Positions 1-8,612 are shown, counted from the stretch's first letter. The stretch: DNA of 10,685 nt from Azolla caroliniana (GCA_043228905.1 JBHGNT010001245.1:1-10685); one strand, 5' to 3'. The notes: generated by a model not told the origin, from the sequence alone. Made by a program: numbers and translations.

Positions 1-1
1 A

Positions 2-2116
2 AGCAGACCTCTAGGACTTCAAATTCCTCAGGAACTATGGATCGGCAGTAAGCCGAATTACGACAAGCTGAGGATCTTCGGATGCGAGGCGTACGCCCTT
101 ATCCCGAAAGATGATCGCCGAAAACTTGCACCTCGGTCCAGGAAATGCATTTTCCTTGGATATGGATCAGACGGCGAAATGGGATACCGACTCTGGGACC
201 CCGAACGCAGACAAATCGTTCGAAGTTCGGACGTTGTGTTCAACGAGTCGGCTATGAATCCATCAGTCGAAAAACCGATCGAAGTCCGAAGGGTAACATT
301 TTCCGATGTGCCGACCCTTCAAGAAGGCCCCGCTCTTAACACACGGTCAGCTTCACGGGTAGCTGAACCTTCCACTACCGACTCGGACAACTCCGACTCG
401 GCACAGCAGAATCATTCGCTTTCGGACCATCCAACCTCGATACCCGATACGACTAGTCCAATCATACCTCGACGATCCGAGAGACTGTCGCAACCTCCGG
501 AGAGGTATTCTCCTGGAATTTTCTTCACCGACGCCGGCGAACCGACGTCTTACGAAGAAGCATCGACATCTGTCGATTCAGCCACCTGGCATCTGGCGAT
601 GGAGTCGGAAATGCACTCCATTCGGGCAAATAAGACTTGGGATCTGGTCGACTTACCTAAGAATCGACGTGCTCTTCCTTGCAAGTGGGTTTATCGACTA
701 AAAGAGACGTTTGATTCGACCACCCCAAAGTACAAGGCCAGATTAGTTGCGAAGGGCTTCCGACAAGAATATGGCGTCGACTTCGACGAGATTTTTTCAC
801 CAGTGGTGAAAATGACAACCCTTCGTTTTCTACTCGGCGTAGTGGCAGCCGACAACTTGGAGCTGATTCAGCTAGATGTCAAAACAGCCTTCCTCCATGG
901 TGATCTTGAAGAGGAAATTTATATGGAGCAGCCAAAAGGCTTTGTGGCAACTGGCCAAGAACATCTAGTCTGCCGACTCAGGAAGAGTCTATACGGCCTC
1001 AAACAGGCACCGCGACAATGGTACAAGAAGTTCGATGACTTCATCCAATCGATCGGCTTCTCCAAAAGCGATGAGGACCATTGTCTTTTTACCAACACAG
1101 CTCAAGATGGATCACCCATCTTCCTCATGATTTACGTGGACGACATGCTAATTTCTGGACGCCACACGGGCGAACTTGCCGATCTCATTCGGCAATTACG
1201 GTTGAAGTTTGCCATGAAGGACCTCGGTCCGGCACGACACATACTTGGCATGAAGATTAGTCGGCATCGCGATAAACGATATCTTTTTTTGTCTCAGACC
1301 GACTATATCGGACGTGTCTTGGAACGCTTCAACATGCAATCAGCCAAATCTGCTTCAACCCCGCTCCCCATGAATCTTCGGCTCTCTCAGCGAGACTTCC
1401 CGACATCCAGTCCGGAGGGGGAAGATATGAAGTCAGTACCGTATGCACCGGCAGTCGGCTCCCTTATGTACCTGATGGTCGCGACACGGCCTGATATTTC
1501 TCATGCCGTAGGAGTCGTTAGCAGATTTATGCACAATCCTGGCCGATCGCATTGGAACGCAGTCAAGCATGTGTTCAAATATCTGGCTGGCACAAAAGAC
1601 CACGGCATTCTTTTCGGTCCGAACTCAACCTCAGGCGTAGTCGGTTACACCGACTCGGACTTCGCCGGCTGTATAGACAGTCGGAAATCAACAACTGGAT
1701 ACTGCTTCAAATTCGGCAATGGAGCAATTTCGTGGAAGTCGAAACTTCAGGAGTGCACAGCGACCTCAACGACCGAAGCAGAATATGTAGCTGCGTCCGA
1801 CGCTGCAAAAGAAGCCTTGTGGCTCGGCCGGCTGGCGCACACGTTTCGACAAGTCGACCATGACTCGGCCCCAGTTGTCTACAGCGACAGTCAAGGTGCT
1901 GTTGCCTTGTCGAAAAATCCGGTTCACCACAACGCCTCCAAACATATCGACGTTCGATATCACTTCGTTCGGGACTGCGTCATTTCAGGGAAAATCGGTC
2001 TAGAGAAAATATCCACAACCGACAATGTCGCAGATGGAATGACCAAGTGTCTTTCGGCAGACCGCTTTCGGTCCCTTCGGCATCAGATGCGCGTAACGAC
2101 AAATCAGTCCGGTTAG
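2..2116 (+). CDS. pol: Copia pol polyprotein, partial (integrase C-terminal GKGY/SH3-like region, reverse transcriptase RVT_2, Ty1-type RNase H)
   Basis: The frame is open upstream of the Met at 179 back to base 2 (SRPLGLQIPQELWIGSKPNYDKLRIFGCEAYALIPKDDRRKLAPRSRKCIFLGYGSDGEMGYRLWDP). It contains [35 protein letters not shown] (1133-1144) and the RNase H motifs GYTDSDFAG, TEAEY, YSDSQ, KHIDVRYHFVR and ADGMTK. No internal stops. Confidence 0.95.
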   Translation, partial: SRPLGLQIPQELWIGSKPNYDKLRIFGCEAYALIPKDDRRKLAPRSRKCIFLGYGSDGEMGYRLWDPERRQIVRSSDVVFNESAMNPSVEKPIEVRRVTFSDVPTLQEGPALNTRSASRVAEPSTTDSDNSDSAQQNHSLSDHPTSIPDTTSPIIPRRSERLSQPPERYSPGIFFTDAGEPTSYEEASTSVDSATWHLAMESEMHSIRANKTWDLVDLPKNRRALPCKWVYRLKETFDSTTPKYKARLVAKGFRQEYGVDFDEIFSPVVKMTTLRFLLGVVAADNLELIQLDVKTAFLHGDLEEEIYMEQPKGFVATGQEHLVCRLRKSLYGLKQAPRQWYKKFDDFIQSIGFSKSDEDHCLFTNTAQDGSPIFLMIYVDDMLISGRHTGELADLIRQLRLKFAMKDLGPARHILGMKISRHRDKRYLFLSQTDYIGRVLERFNMQSAKSASTPLPMNLRLSQRDFPTSSPEGEDMKSVPYAPAVGSLMYLMVATRPDISHAVGVVSRFMHNPGRSHWNAVKHVFKYLAGTKDHGILFGPNSTSGVVGYTDSDFAGCIDSRKSTTGYCFKFGNGAISWKSKLQECTATSTTEAEYVAASDAAKEALWLGRLAHTFRQVDHDSAPVVYSDSQGAVALSKNPVHHNASKHIDVRYHFVRDCVISGKIGLEKISTTDNVADGMTKCLSADRFRSLRHQMRVTTNQSG

Positions 2117-2302
2117 AGCCGGACACAGCGCAGGATGGTTTCCGACAACCGACATCAGTTCCTTAATGATCGGCTTCAACTCTTCCGACCCGACCAGTCC
2201 GGTCTTCTGCCTTCGGACCCTGCCGACTCGAACAAAACTGATATGTCCGAGAACCTAGGTTTATACCTGTAATCTTAGATAACCCATGTATACGCCCATT
2301 AC

Positions 2303-2309
2303 GGGGGAG
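2303..2309 (+). other. Polypurine tract (PPT) of copia element 1
   Basis: GGGGGAG lies immediately before the TG that starts the LTR (...CCATTACGGGGGAG|TGTCGAATAC). Confidence 0.85.
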
Positions 2310-2560
2310 TGTCGAATACAAGTGTATAATGGACGTATTCACACTATCTCTTTGTATAGATCAAGTTTGGGCCATTTGTGTAATTAGCATAAATGGTAGT
2401 TGCCCTAAGTCAGTCCCTATATAAAGTGACCTTGTAACCTTTTTGAAAGGTTGGTTGTATTATTGTCTTATGGAATAGAAAGACTCTTTGTGCTTTCTCT
2501 CTCTCTCTCTCTCCATCTCTGTGCACGACCTTAGAAACTGTCATACGCAGGTATTCAACA
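2310..2560 (+). repeat. 3' LTR of copia element 1 (251 bp)
   Basis: Starts TGTCGAATAC directly after the PPT and ends GTATTCAACA, a 9/10 terminal inverted repeat. Contains TATATAAA (2418-2425) and (CT)8 (2497-2512). The predicted 3' TSD is CGAAT (2561-2565); its partner is outside the window. Confidence 0.88.
2418..2425 (+). promoter_or_regulatory. TATA box in LTR of copia element 1
   Basis: CCCTATATAAAG in the middle of the LTR, upstream of a CT-rich tract, as is typical of plant LTR promoters. Confidence 0.6.
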
Positions 2561-3206
2561 CGAATCGAATGCTACTTGATCTTCCGCATTGACGGCCTTG
2601 TCTCCAACACATGGCAGCGTGCGAACCTTTGTTCTCCTAATTGTGTGGCATGCCCAAATGCATTAGAATCAATACCACATGCTCTGTGGGATTGCCCAGA
2701 GTCCCATTGAATATGGCGGGGGGTTGGCCGCTTATTGCAATTATGCCAGGTGCAAGGCTCAATCAAATGGGGAAATGTATGTTGGCTATCATGGTGTGCC
2801 CCAGTTGACAGATATGAGTATTAGGAGGAGGGGATGACTTTGGTGATAAATACACAAGAGGTTTTTTTCTCCACCAGTGGCAATGTCCACACAACTCCTA
2901 TTAATGCCAAATCTCAAGTTGTGTTGGAATTGGTTAGCCCAATAACTCTTTTGGATTCTATGGAAACAACGGTGCAGACAGGTCTTCTCCAAACAAACTG
3001 CTCATCCAATAATGTTAATGTAAGAGATATGGAGTGAAGTTGTAGCTACTCTAAAGAGCCAATATGATGGCCTCAAGGGCAGCTCCGATGGAGTTGAAAG
3101 ACAACGATTAGCCATCATCCAACAATGGTCGTCCTTTCCCTTTCTTGAGTTAGTGGGCATCCACATAAGATGGAACTATCATGTCCCTACAGGGATTTGT
3201 ATATAA
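2561..3206 (+). pseudogene. Degenerate non-LTR retrotransposon (L1-type LINE) ORF2 C-terminus with zf-RVT zinc knuckle
   Basis: Manual translation from 2561 gives ...CVACPNALESIPHALWDCPESH*IW... (CxxC-x8-H-x4-C, 2642-2695). After a +1 frameshift near 2950 it reads WILWKQRCRQVF...EIWSEVVATLKSQY...IRWNYHVPTGICI* (TAA 3204-3206). Several in-frame stops are present. Confidence 0.8.
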
Positions 3207-3237
3207 CAATCTCATCTGTAAAATTTTATAACTAAAA

Positions 3238-3286
3238 GGTACCCCATGAGCATTTTTGGATATGGTACCCCATGAGCATTTTTGGA
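3238..3286 (+). repeat. Perfect 23-bp direct repeat GGTACCCCATGAGCATTTTTGGA x2 with 3-bp spacer
   Basis: Copies at 3238-3260 and 3264-3286, read directly from the sequence. Confidence 0.9.
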
Positions 3287-3855
3287 AGTGCATGGAAGAC
3301 CTCAAGATGCCAAGTGAATATAAGCTTGTAATTTCCTGGATCGATCAAAAGGTTATATTTTATTGAAATTTTAGATTTTTTTGGTATGTTATCAATGTCA
3401 AGCAAGGATACCCACTCTCACAAACTCTAATTAATTTAAAACAAATTGTTGCCAACTTTTTAAAGGATGGGCATTGTCGTCATTATGTTTTTATTATATG
3501 CAAATGTTGTGATGTTTTTTGCTAATACATTGGGAGATGCACAAAATTTTATGAGGGCATTGGAAGATCCTTGCCTTTATACTAAGTTGAATGTCAATAG
3601 CTCTAAAATGAAGATTTTCTCATGAAGAGCCAAAATAAGGATAAACCATACATTATGTACACCAATGAGCTGCGTGAAATTGTAAGCTTTAAATTCCTTG
3701 GCCTTGAAGCTCCCTCAAGTGTTAGATAGATTGAATGTGTCACCCACCAATTAGAGATGGAAAGAGAGCATATTGTACATTTGCAAACACATGCAATGGT
3801 ATGGAAATTAAATGTTGGGTCTGTAAGAAATATATTTTCAACACTTTAATGGCAT
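3238..3855 (+). pseudogene. Highly degenerate LINE reverse transcriptase fragment (RTE-like)
   Basis: Collinear RT motifs across shifting frames: DMVPHEHFWKCMEDLKMPSEY (about 3259-3321, cf. AFDxVPRxxLW), VKQGYPLSQTL (3397-3429, cf. VKQGCPLSPTL), LLYANVV (YANV 3497-3508, cf. YADD), KLNVNSSKMKI, SFKFLGLE, GKRAYCTFANTC...KKYIFNTL. The right boundary is uncertain. Confidence 0.75.
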
Positions 3856-4481
3856 TGGAGTGTCTTTCTATTAAAAAATACCCTCCAATCATTCATGGGA
3901 AAGATATGTGTGCATGGGGGGAGTTATATATAGATGTCACAAAGAAATTCCCTTGTTTCATGTGACTGGTATGTAGGGCATAATGTAAATGCTCCTTTTT
4001 AATGTTAATGTAGTGTTTATAAGCATAGTCTTAAGGGTTTAAGGTTGATTTTAATGGTTTAAGGTATGATAGTTAAGAAACCAGTTGTGCTTATAGGTTT
4101 AACCTTCAAAACCAAATCTACATCTAATTTTAATGATTTGTGGAGAAAATAGTTGAGAAACCAGTCATTCTAGGACTTGCGACAAACCCATAAAGATTAA
4201 CTTCACGATTGGTCCTTACAATTATACCTATAACAAGTGGAGTGTTAATTTGGAATACCTTGAGCATACAACCTCAATATTATATACATATGAAGGGATA
4301 AAGATAGTGATAGAGCAAAGGGGACAATAAGACTCACCAAAGTATTACATCTTTGGGAGGAGATAAAGGAATCTGTTATTTAGGTAAGATCAAATGGAGA
4401 TTCTAGAGCCCATTTCACTTGTAGGATTTTCTCACGTAGGGCACCAAGGAGATAGTTGTATGAGGTCTCTATATACTTAAG

Positions 4482-4514
4482 TTTCATATATTATTTCATA
4501 TATTATTTCATATA
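4482..4514. repeat. 12-bp tandem repeat TTTCATATATTA, 2.75 copies
   Basis: Units at 4482-4493, 4494-4505 and 4506-4514 (partial). Confidence 0.8.
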
Positions 4515-4759
4515 ACATTTCTTTTACTACTTCTAATAGGGTACACTCTAGACCCACAATTATAGTAGAGGTGGAAAGACAAATCCAACCATATATATGT
4601 GGGGATATGATATCATTAGCGTTAGTCAAGATCTACATTAGTCTTCAAAGCGTGATAATCTTAGTTGTATTAGCGATAAACATCTCAAAGTTATATATAC
4701 ATTTTATTTATCTAACTAGTAGTAATTCAATAGCTAAACAAAACATGCTAGAGGTATCA

Positions 4760-5125
4760 CTAAGCTTTACCAAGATGACCATTGCTTATAATTCTAAGCA
4801 TTCTTGTAAAGGGAGACTCTGGCATTCTAGCACTCCTTTCAAATTCCAACTCTTCTTCAGTTGGAGGTATATCTCCAGTGTCAAGAAAGTTATAGCGATT
4901 TTCAACATCATCACTATGACCAACATCAAGAAGGTTTGTTTCTCCTTTTTCTTTTTCTAGTTTGGACTTGCGCATTTCTTTTGCCTTTGCTAACATACCT
5001 ACATGGTCAATGAGTGACACAACACCACCAGATTGCCTCACAATGTTCTCAAGCCTCTCAAGTGGTCGGCATGCACTTTCCTTGTCTGTTGATGCAGCAA
5101 CATCACATTGCATTGTGTATTCTCC
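4760..5125 (-). CDS. CBP1: CBP1/MEE14-like exon 3 (121 codons + TAG)
   Basis: Pyrimidine-rich acceptor CTTTCCATGATCTTCCAG|GGAGAATAC, phase 0; open to TAG at 4762-4760. The extreme C-terminus could be spliced differently. Confidence 0.8.
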   Translation of the reverse strand, partial: GEYTMQCDVAASTDKESACRPLERLENIVRQSGGVVSLIDHVGMLAKAKEMRKSKLEKEKGETNLLDVGHSDDVENRYNFLDTGDIPPTEEELEFERSARMPESPFTRMLRIISNGHLGKA

Positions 5126-6305
5126 CTGGAAGATCATGGAAAGAAGGCATGAGGATTTGATACATTATCAAACAAGAAGGAGATAAAAGACATGTTTTGA
5201 TCAATCAAGAAAGTTCCATCAAGCTAAGATCAAACAACTAGCTTGACAAATATAATATTACAACCAATATATCCACTAGTTGTAGTGGTAAGAGTCAATA
5301 TAAAATTTCTAATCATGATGGAGGTGAAACATCCAGTTCTTGAATGTGTCCAACCACATGGAGTGTCCACAAATATATGAATCAATTAACTGCTAGGAGA
5401 TTGACCGCAACACGTTAAACATGTGTTCACAACACACGAAAGATATTGTAAGGACTCTGTCTTCAAATATAGTCAATTCACAAATAGATTTCAAAAAATA
5501 ACTTAAAGCTTGATCCTTACACATTCATGAGATCACGTTGATAAGAAGGGTCTACAATTTAAGTTCACATTAATATAATATTCTTCTATTGCCTATCAAA
5601 ATTATGAATGTGGAAAAATAAAGGTCTTCCAAAAAATTGATTCAATTTATAACCATGCAGTCTTGATTTTCCTAACATATATTTTCAGAACCCAAGTCTA
5701 TAGTAAAAATTCTACAATAACAATTGTTGTTCGCATTACAATTAGACTTACGGTTTGGGGTGTTTGGTATTTCTAAGATTAATGAATCATAACAATAACT
5801 TATATTTTGTATGCTTGCCTTCATATTTTCAAACTCAAAAAGGGCCTCCCAACATTTGTATGCCTCATCACCTTCTAGAATGGAGCATCGATCTAGCAAA
5901 TCAATACATACAATATCATTTTTGAGTAAATTGTAAAAGAGGAATATCGTAAGAAAAAATATGTTCAAATCAAACTCATGAAGACAATACGTTGATTAGA
6001 AAAGCAAACTTATACTCAAGTAAACCATTTGGGGGGATAAAATTTAAACCTGAGATAGCATGCTCGGCTTTCTCGATGAGAGAAGGTTCTCTAATAGATC
6101 GACTTATTCTACTACGGTTGAAAGGCTCCATTTTAGGAATAGAATTAGTAGTGGTGGAAGAAGACGATGAGGATTTGATGTTATAATCATGGGAGGGTGA
6201 CATAGCCACACTTAAGATACGATTTGAATGAGCTCTATTAGAAGAAGTTGAAGAAAATTCATGTTTTGCTGGGTGGAATTGAACTAGGGAAGTTGAGAGC
6301 TCCAT
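4760..6305 (-). CDS. CBP1: CCG-binding protein 1 / MEE14-like plant protein; spliced CDS join(6305..6050, 5892..5819, 5125..4760), about 231 aa
   Basis: Three minus-strand ORF pieces join in phase at splice sites to give ...IPKMEPFNRSRISRSIREPSLIEKAEHAIS-D-RCSILEGDEAYKCWEALFEFENMK-GEYTMQC...LENIVRQSGGVVSLI...GDIPPTEEELEFERSARMPESPFTRMLR.... This matches the blocks I recall for the Arabidopsis At2g15890 family (PKLEPFSRS, CSTLEGDxSYSCW, GGxKSLI, DGLPKxxxELEEE, MPDSxFTRLLR). Confidence 0.85.
5819..5892 (-). CDS. CBP1: CBP1/MEE14-like exon 2 (74 nt)
   Basis: Acceptor TTTGCTAG|ATCGATGC completes Asp (G|AT) in phase with exon 1. Encodes RCSILEGDEAYKCWEALFEFENMK and ends at donor AAG|GCAAGC (GC donor, phase 0). 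Confidence 0.8.
6050..6305 (-). CDS. CBP1: CBP1/MEE14-like exon 1 (85 codons + 1 nt; Ser/Thr-rich N-terminus)
   Basis: ATG at 6305; donor TCAG|GTTTAA (GT at 6049-6048), phase 1. Confidence 0.82.
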
Positions 6306-6441
6306 ATTTGATGCTACAAGTAATTAAAGAGAAAAAGATGAAGTGATATATAGTTCTCCCGAGTGAATGAATGAATTAGGAATCACTTAACTAGAAGGCA
6401 CATTTTTTTCTCTCTTTTAAGTTTCATGGATAGGCCTCCTA

Positions 6442-6462
6442 ACGTGTCACTACAAAATATCT
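6442..6462. promoter_or_regulatory. Adjacent ABRE (ACGTGTC) and evening element (AAAATATCT) upstream of the CBP1-like gene
   Basis: Exact motifs at 6442-6448 and 6454-6462, about 140-160 bp upstream of the ATG. TATA-like TATATAT at 6352-6346 (minus strand) and GATAAG at 6544-6549. Function is inferred only. Confidence 0.45.
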
Positions 6463-8190
6463 TGACTTTTTAAGACACTTTTTAGATTTTTAGATTTGTA
6501 CACCGGCAAGTGGGCAAGAGTTTTCTTTTTTTCTATATGAATCGATAAGAAGTGTATGTCTCTCATTGAAGCGTATACTTCAAGATCTTATTTGTTTACA
6601 CATTAGAATACTAGAAGTTAGCCCTTTTTTCAACTCTAAGTGGGAAAACTTATAGAAGTATGTCTCTTAAAAGTCTTTGGATATTTAGAGTGTGGGGCTA
6701 CCATTGTTTTCTTGAAACTATGTGCAAATGAGGCCCCTTCCATTTTATCTTCAAGGTAAATAAATTACAAAATGACAAGAGGCGAATTAGTCAAATCATT
6801 TAATTGCGAGTGCCATTGCAACAATCAACCGAAATTATGAGTTGTGTATGTGTAAGTGAAATCGACAAAGCAAAATGGGGTTATGAGTTTTCCAATTTTC
6901 TTACCAAACATTTTGGAAGGTATTGGTCTTATGTAGCCTAGCATTCCCCTTTCACATTACCAAAAGATAGAAGCTCTGAGCACAAATGCTAGCAAGATAT
7001 TACTCACTAAATTATATAATGTCAAAGAATTGTCTCAATAGATCAAATCATGTCCAAAGGTGTTATGGCATCACTTTAAAATGTCTCTAAGATAAATATG
7101 AGGGTGTGATGGTAAAGTTGGTGTTTCATAAGCGAAGGCCAATCATTTACATCACTTGATTTAGTGAGAAAGAGGAGATATATCAAATCAATGATGATAA
7201 TGTGTAGTTAAAAACAAAGATCAAAGCAATATTATAATAAAGTAGACAAAGAAAATGATTGTGGAACAATTGATTATTAGTTGTCCAATGTCAATTAAAT
7301 TGTTGTTCTTTCTTGATATTGTTGTAAGACCCTAGAAAATATATTTTCTCACCATGCTTTGTGTGTGGGAGGGAGAGAGAATATTAAGGTCACATTACAA
7401 CATCTAATATCTATATGATAGGGTCAAGCCCATGATTGTTACTATGAACAATGATAACCAAAACCCTGATTGTGGTCAATTTGGAGAGTTGAGAAGTTAA
7501 TGCATTAGATGGGTTTTATCTCAAGATTTGAAACCTTATGAGTGCTTGTGTTAGTTTTCACTTCAAGCCACGGAATTATATTGCTCCATGCTCACTTAGA
7601 TGCACATGAGAATATAACTCTATTACATTATGTTATTTAATGTAAAATTTCCCACTGTGCTTTGGATGTTGTATATACCTTGATCCACTAATAGAATTCA
7701 TACAAGCTCCTAGACACCATACTCAACATTCATTTGAAGTTAATGGGTATTGTAGATCAAAAGGATCCACTGGTCCTAATCCCTCAAGCTATAACAAACT
7801 CCAATCATGGGATTGCAATAGATTTTTCAGATTCCGATTTTGAATGTTGAGCATAAATTAGCACCTTGTCGTAAATTTTTCGAATGGGGAGAATCAAACC
7901 CGCCACGTCGGCCGAAGCCAATGTCCCGTCCGTTAGATGGCGCTCGTGGACAAGACCAAAAACATGATTTAAAAATTTTATTCTTGCCTTCATACCCCCA
8001 AACATCATGAGGACATATTCAGAAATTAGGAAACAAGGAAGCCTTTGACTTTGGACAGAGGCCCCCTTTTAACTAAGTTAACGACTTGAACGTTTGATGA
8101 GTCGAACGCTTTTCTGCAGTATACAATGACAATTCTAAAATTTAGAATACGTGTGGAGTACTTTAAGGGTATTCTAAAATGTATTCTAAA

Positions 8191-8195
8191 TGTAT
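8191..8195 (+). repeat. Target site duplication TGTAT (left copy)
   Basis: Immediately precedes TGTTGAG and is identical to 10500-10504. Confidence 0.85.
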
Positions 8196-8612
8196 TGTTG
8201 AGCGGCAAGCTCAACCGGAGCCGAATCGGCTGAATAAGCCTGAGCCGGTAAGCGAGAGGAATCGGTATGCCGGTGAGCAACCGAGCCGGCAAGCAGTAAG
8301 GACCGGTAAGCAAGAGGAGCCAGTATGCCGGATCCAATCCGTAACCGGAAGCCTAGTATAGGTTAGACTACTAGGTAGTTATAGTCTCGTAGTTAGTGTC
8401 AAATGCTCGTGTGAGCATTGAAGTACACCGTACTTCTAATAGTCTCGTGTGGACTTGTATAAATAGCGCAGATGAGTGCGTTGTAGATACAGAGCACAGA
8501 GTATTCATATAATTTTGAAAATTAGTGTGTCTTGCTCTCTCTCTCTCTCCTGCGTACTCTCTCTCTCCTTGTGTATTGTTCTTTCTAACGCTTCCACAAG
8601 CAATCTTTCACA
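8196..8612 (+). repeat. 5' LTR of copia element 2 (417 bp, full U3-R-U5)
   Basis: TGTTGAG...TTTCACA followed directly by the PBS. TATAAATA at 8458-8465; (CT)7 and (CT)5 tracts at 8535-8548 and 8557-8566. Confidence 0.88.

Larger units (their letters stand above)
1..2560 (+). mobile_element. Ty1/copia LTR retrotransposon (Tork/Tnt1-like), 3' portion; 5' part lies outside the window
   Basis: Copia domain order integrase tail - RT - RNase H in one open frame, then about 190 bp of non-coding DNA, a polypurine tract and a TG...CA LTR. RT/RH motifs (LELIQLDVKTAFLHGDLEEEIYMEQP, PYAPAVGSLMYLMVATRPDISHAVGVVSRFM) resemble Tnt1-type elements; the lineage call is from memory. Confidence 0.95.

Noticed and set aside
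2561-2570. CGAATCGAAT tandem right after the LTR, suggesting a doubled TSD or excision footprint
   Set aside because: It reads in frame as part of the LINE remnant (R-I-E-C), and a 5-bp tandem arises easily by chance. It cannot be judged without the 5' flank.
4030-4105. Telomere-like GGTTTAAGG words
   Set aside because: Only about three scattered, degenerate copies; not a TTTAGGG array.
4571-5186. Plus-strand ORFs 4571..4960 and 4962..5186, the first hydrophobic
   Set aside because: Antisense to exon 3 of the CBP1-like gene and AT-rich flank; no independent coding signal.
8240-8350. Spaced repeats resembling a CRISPR array
   Set aside because: The repeats are imperfect, irregularly spaced and lie inside a plant LTR; there are no cas genes and the context is eukaryotic.
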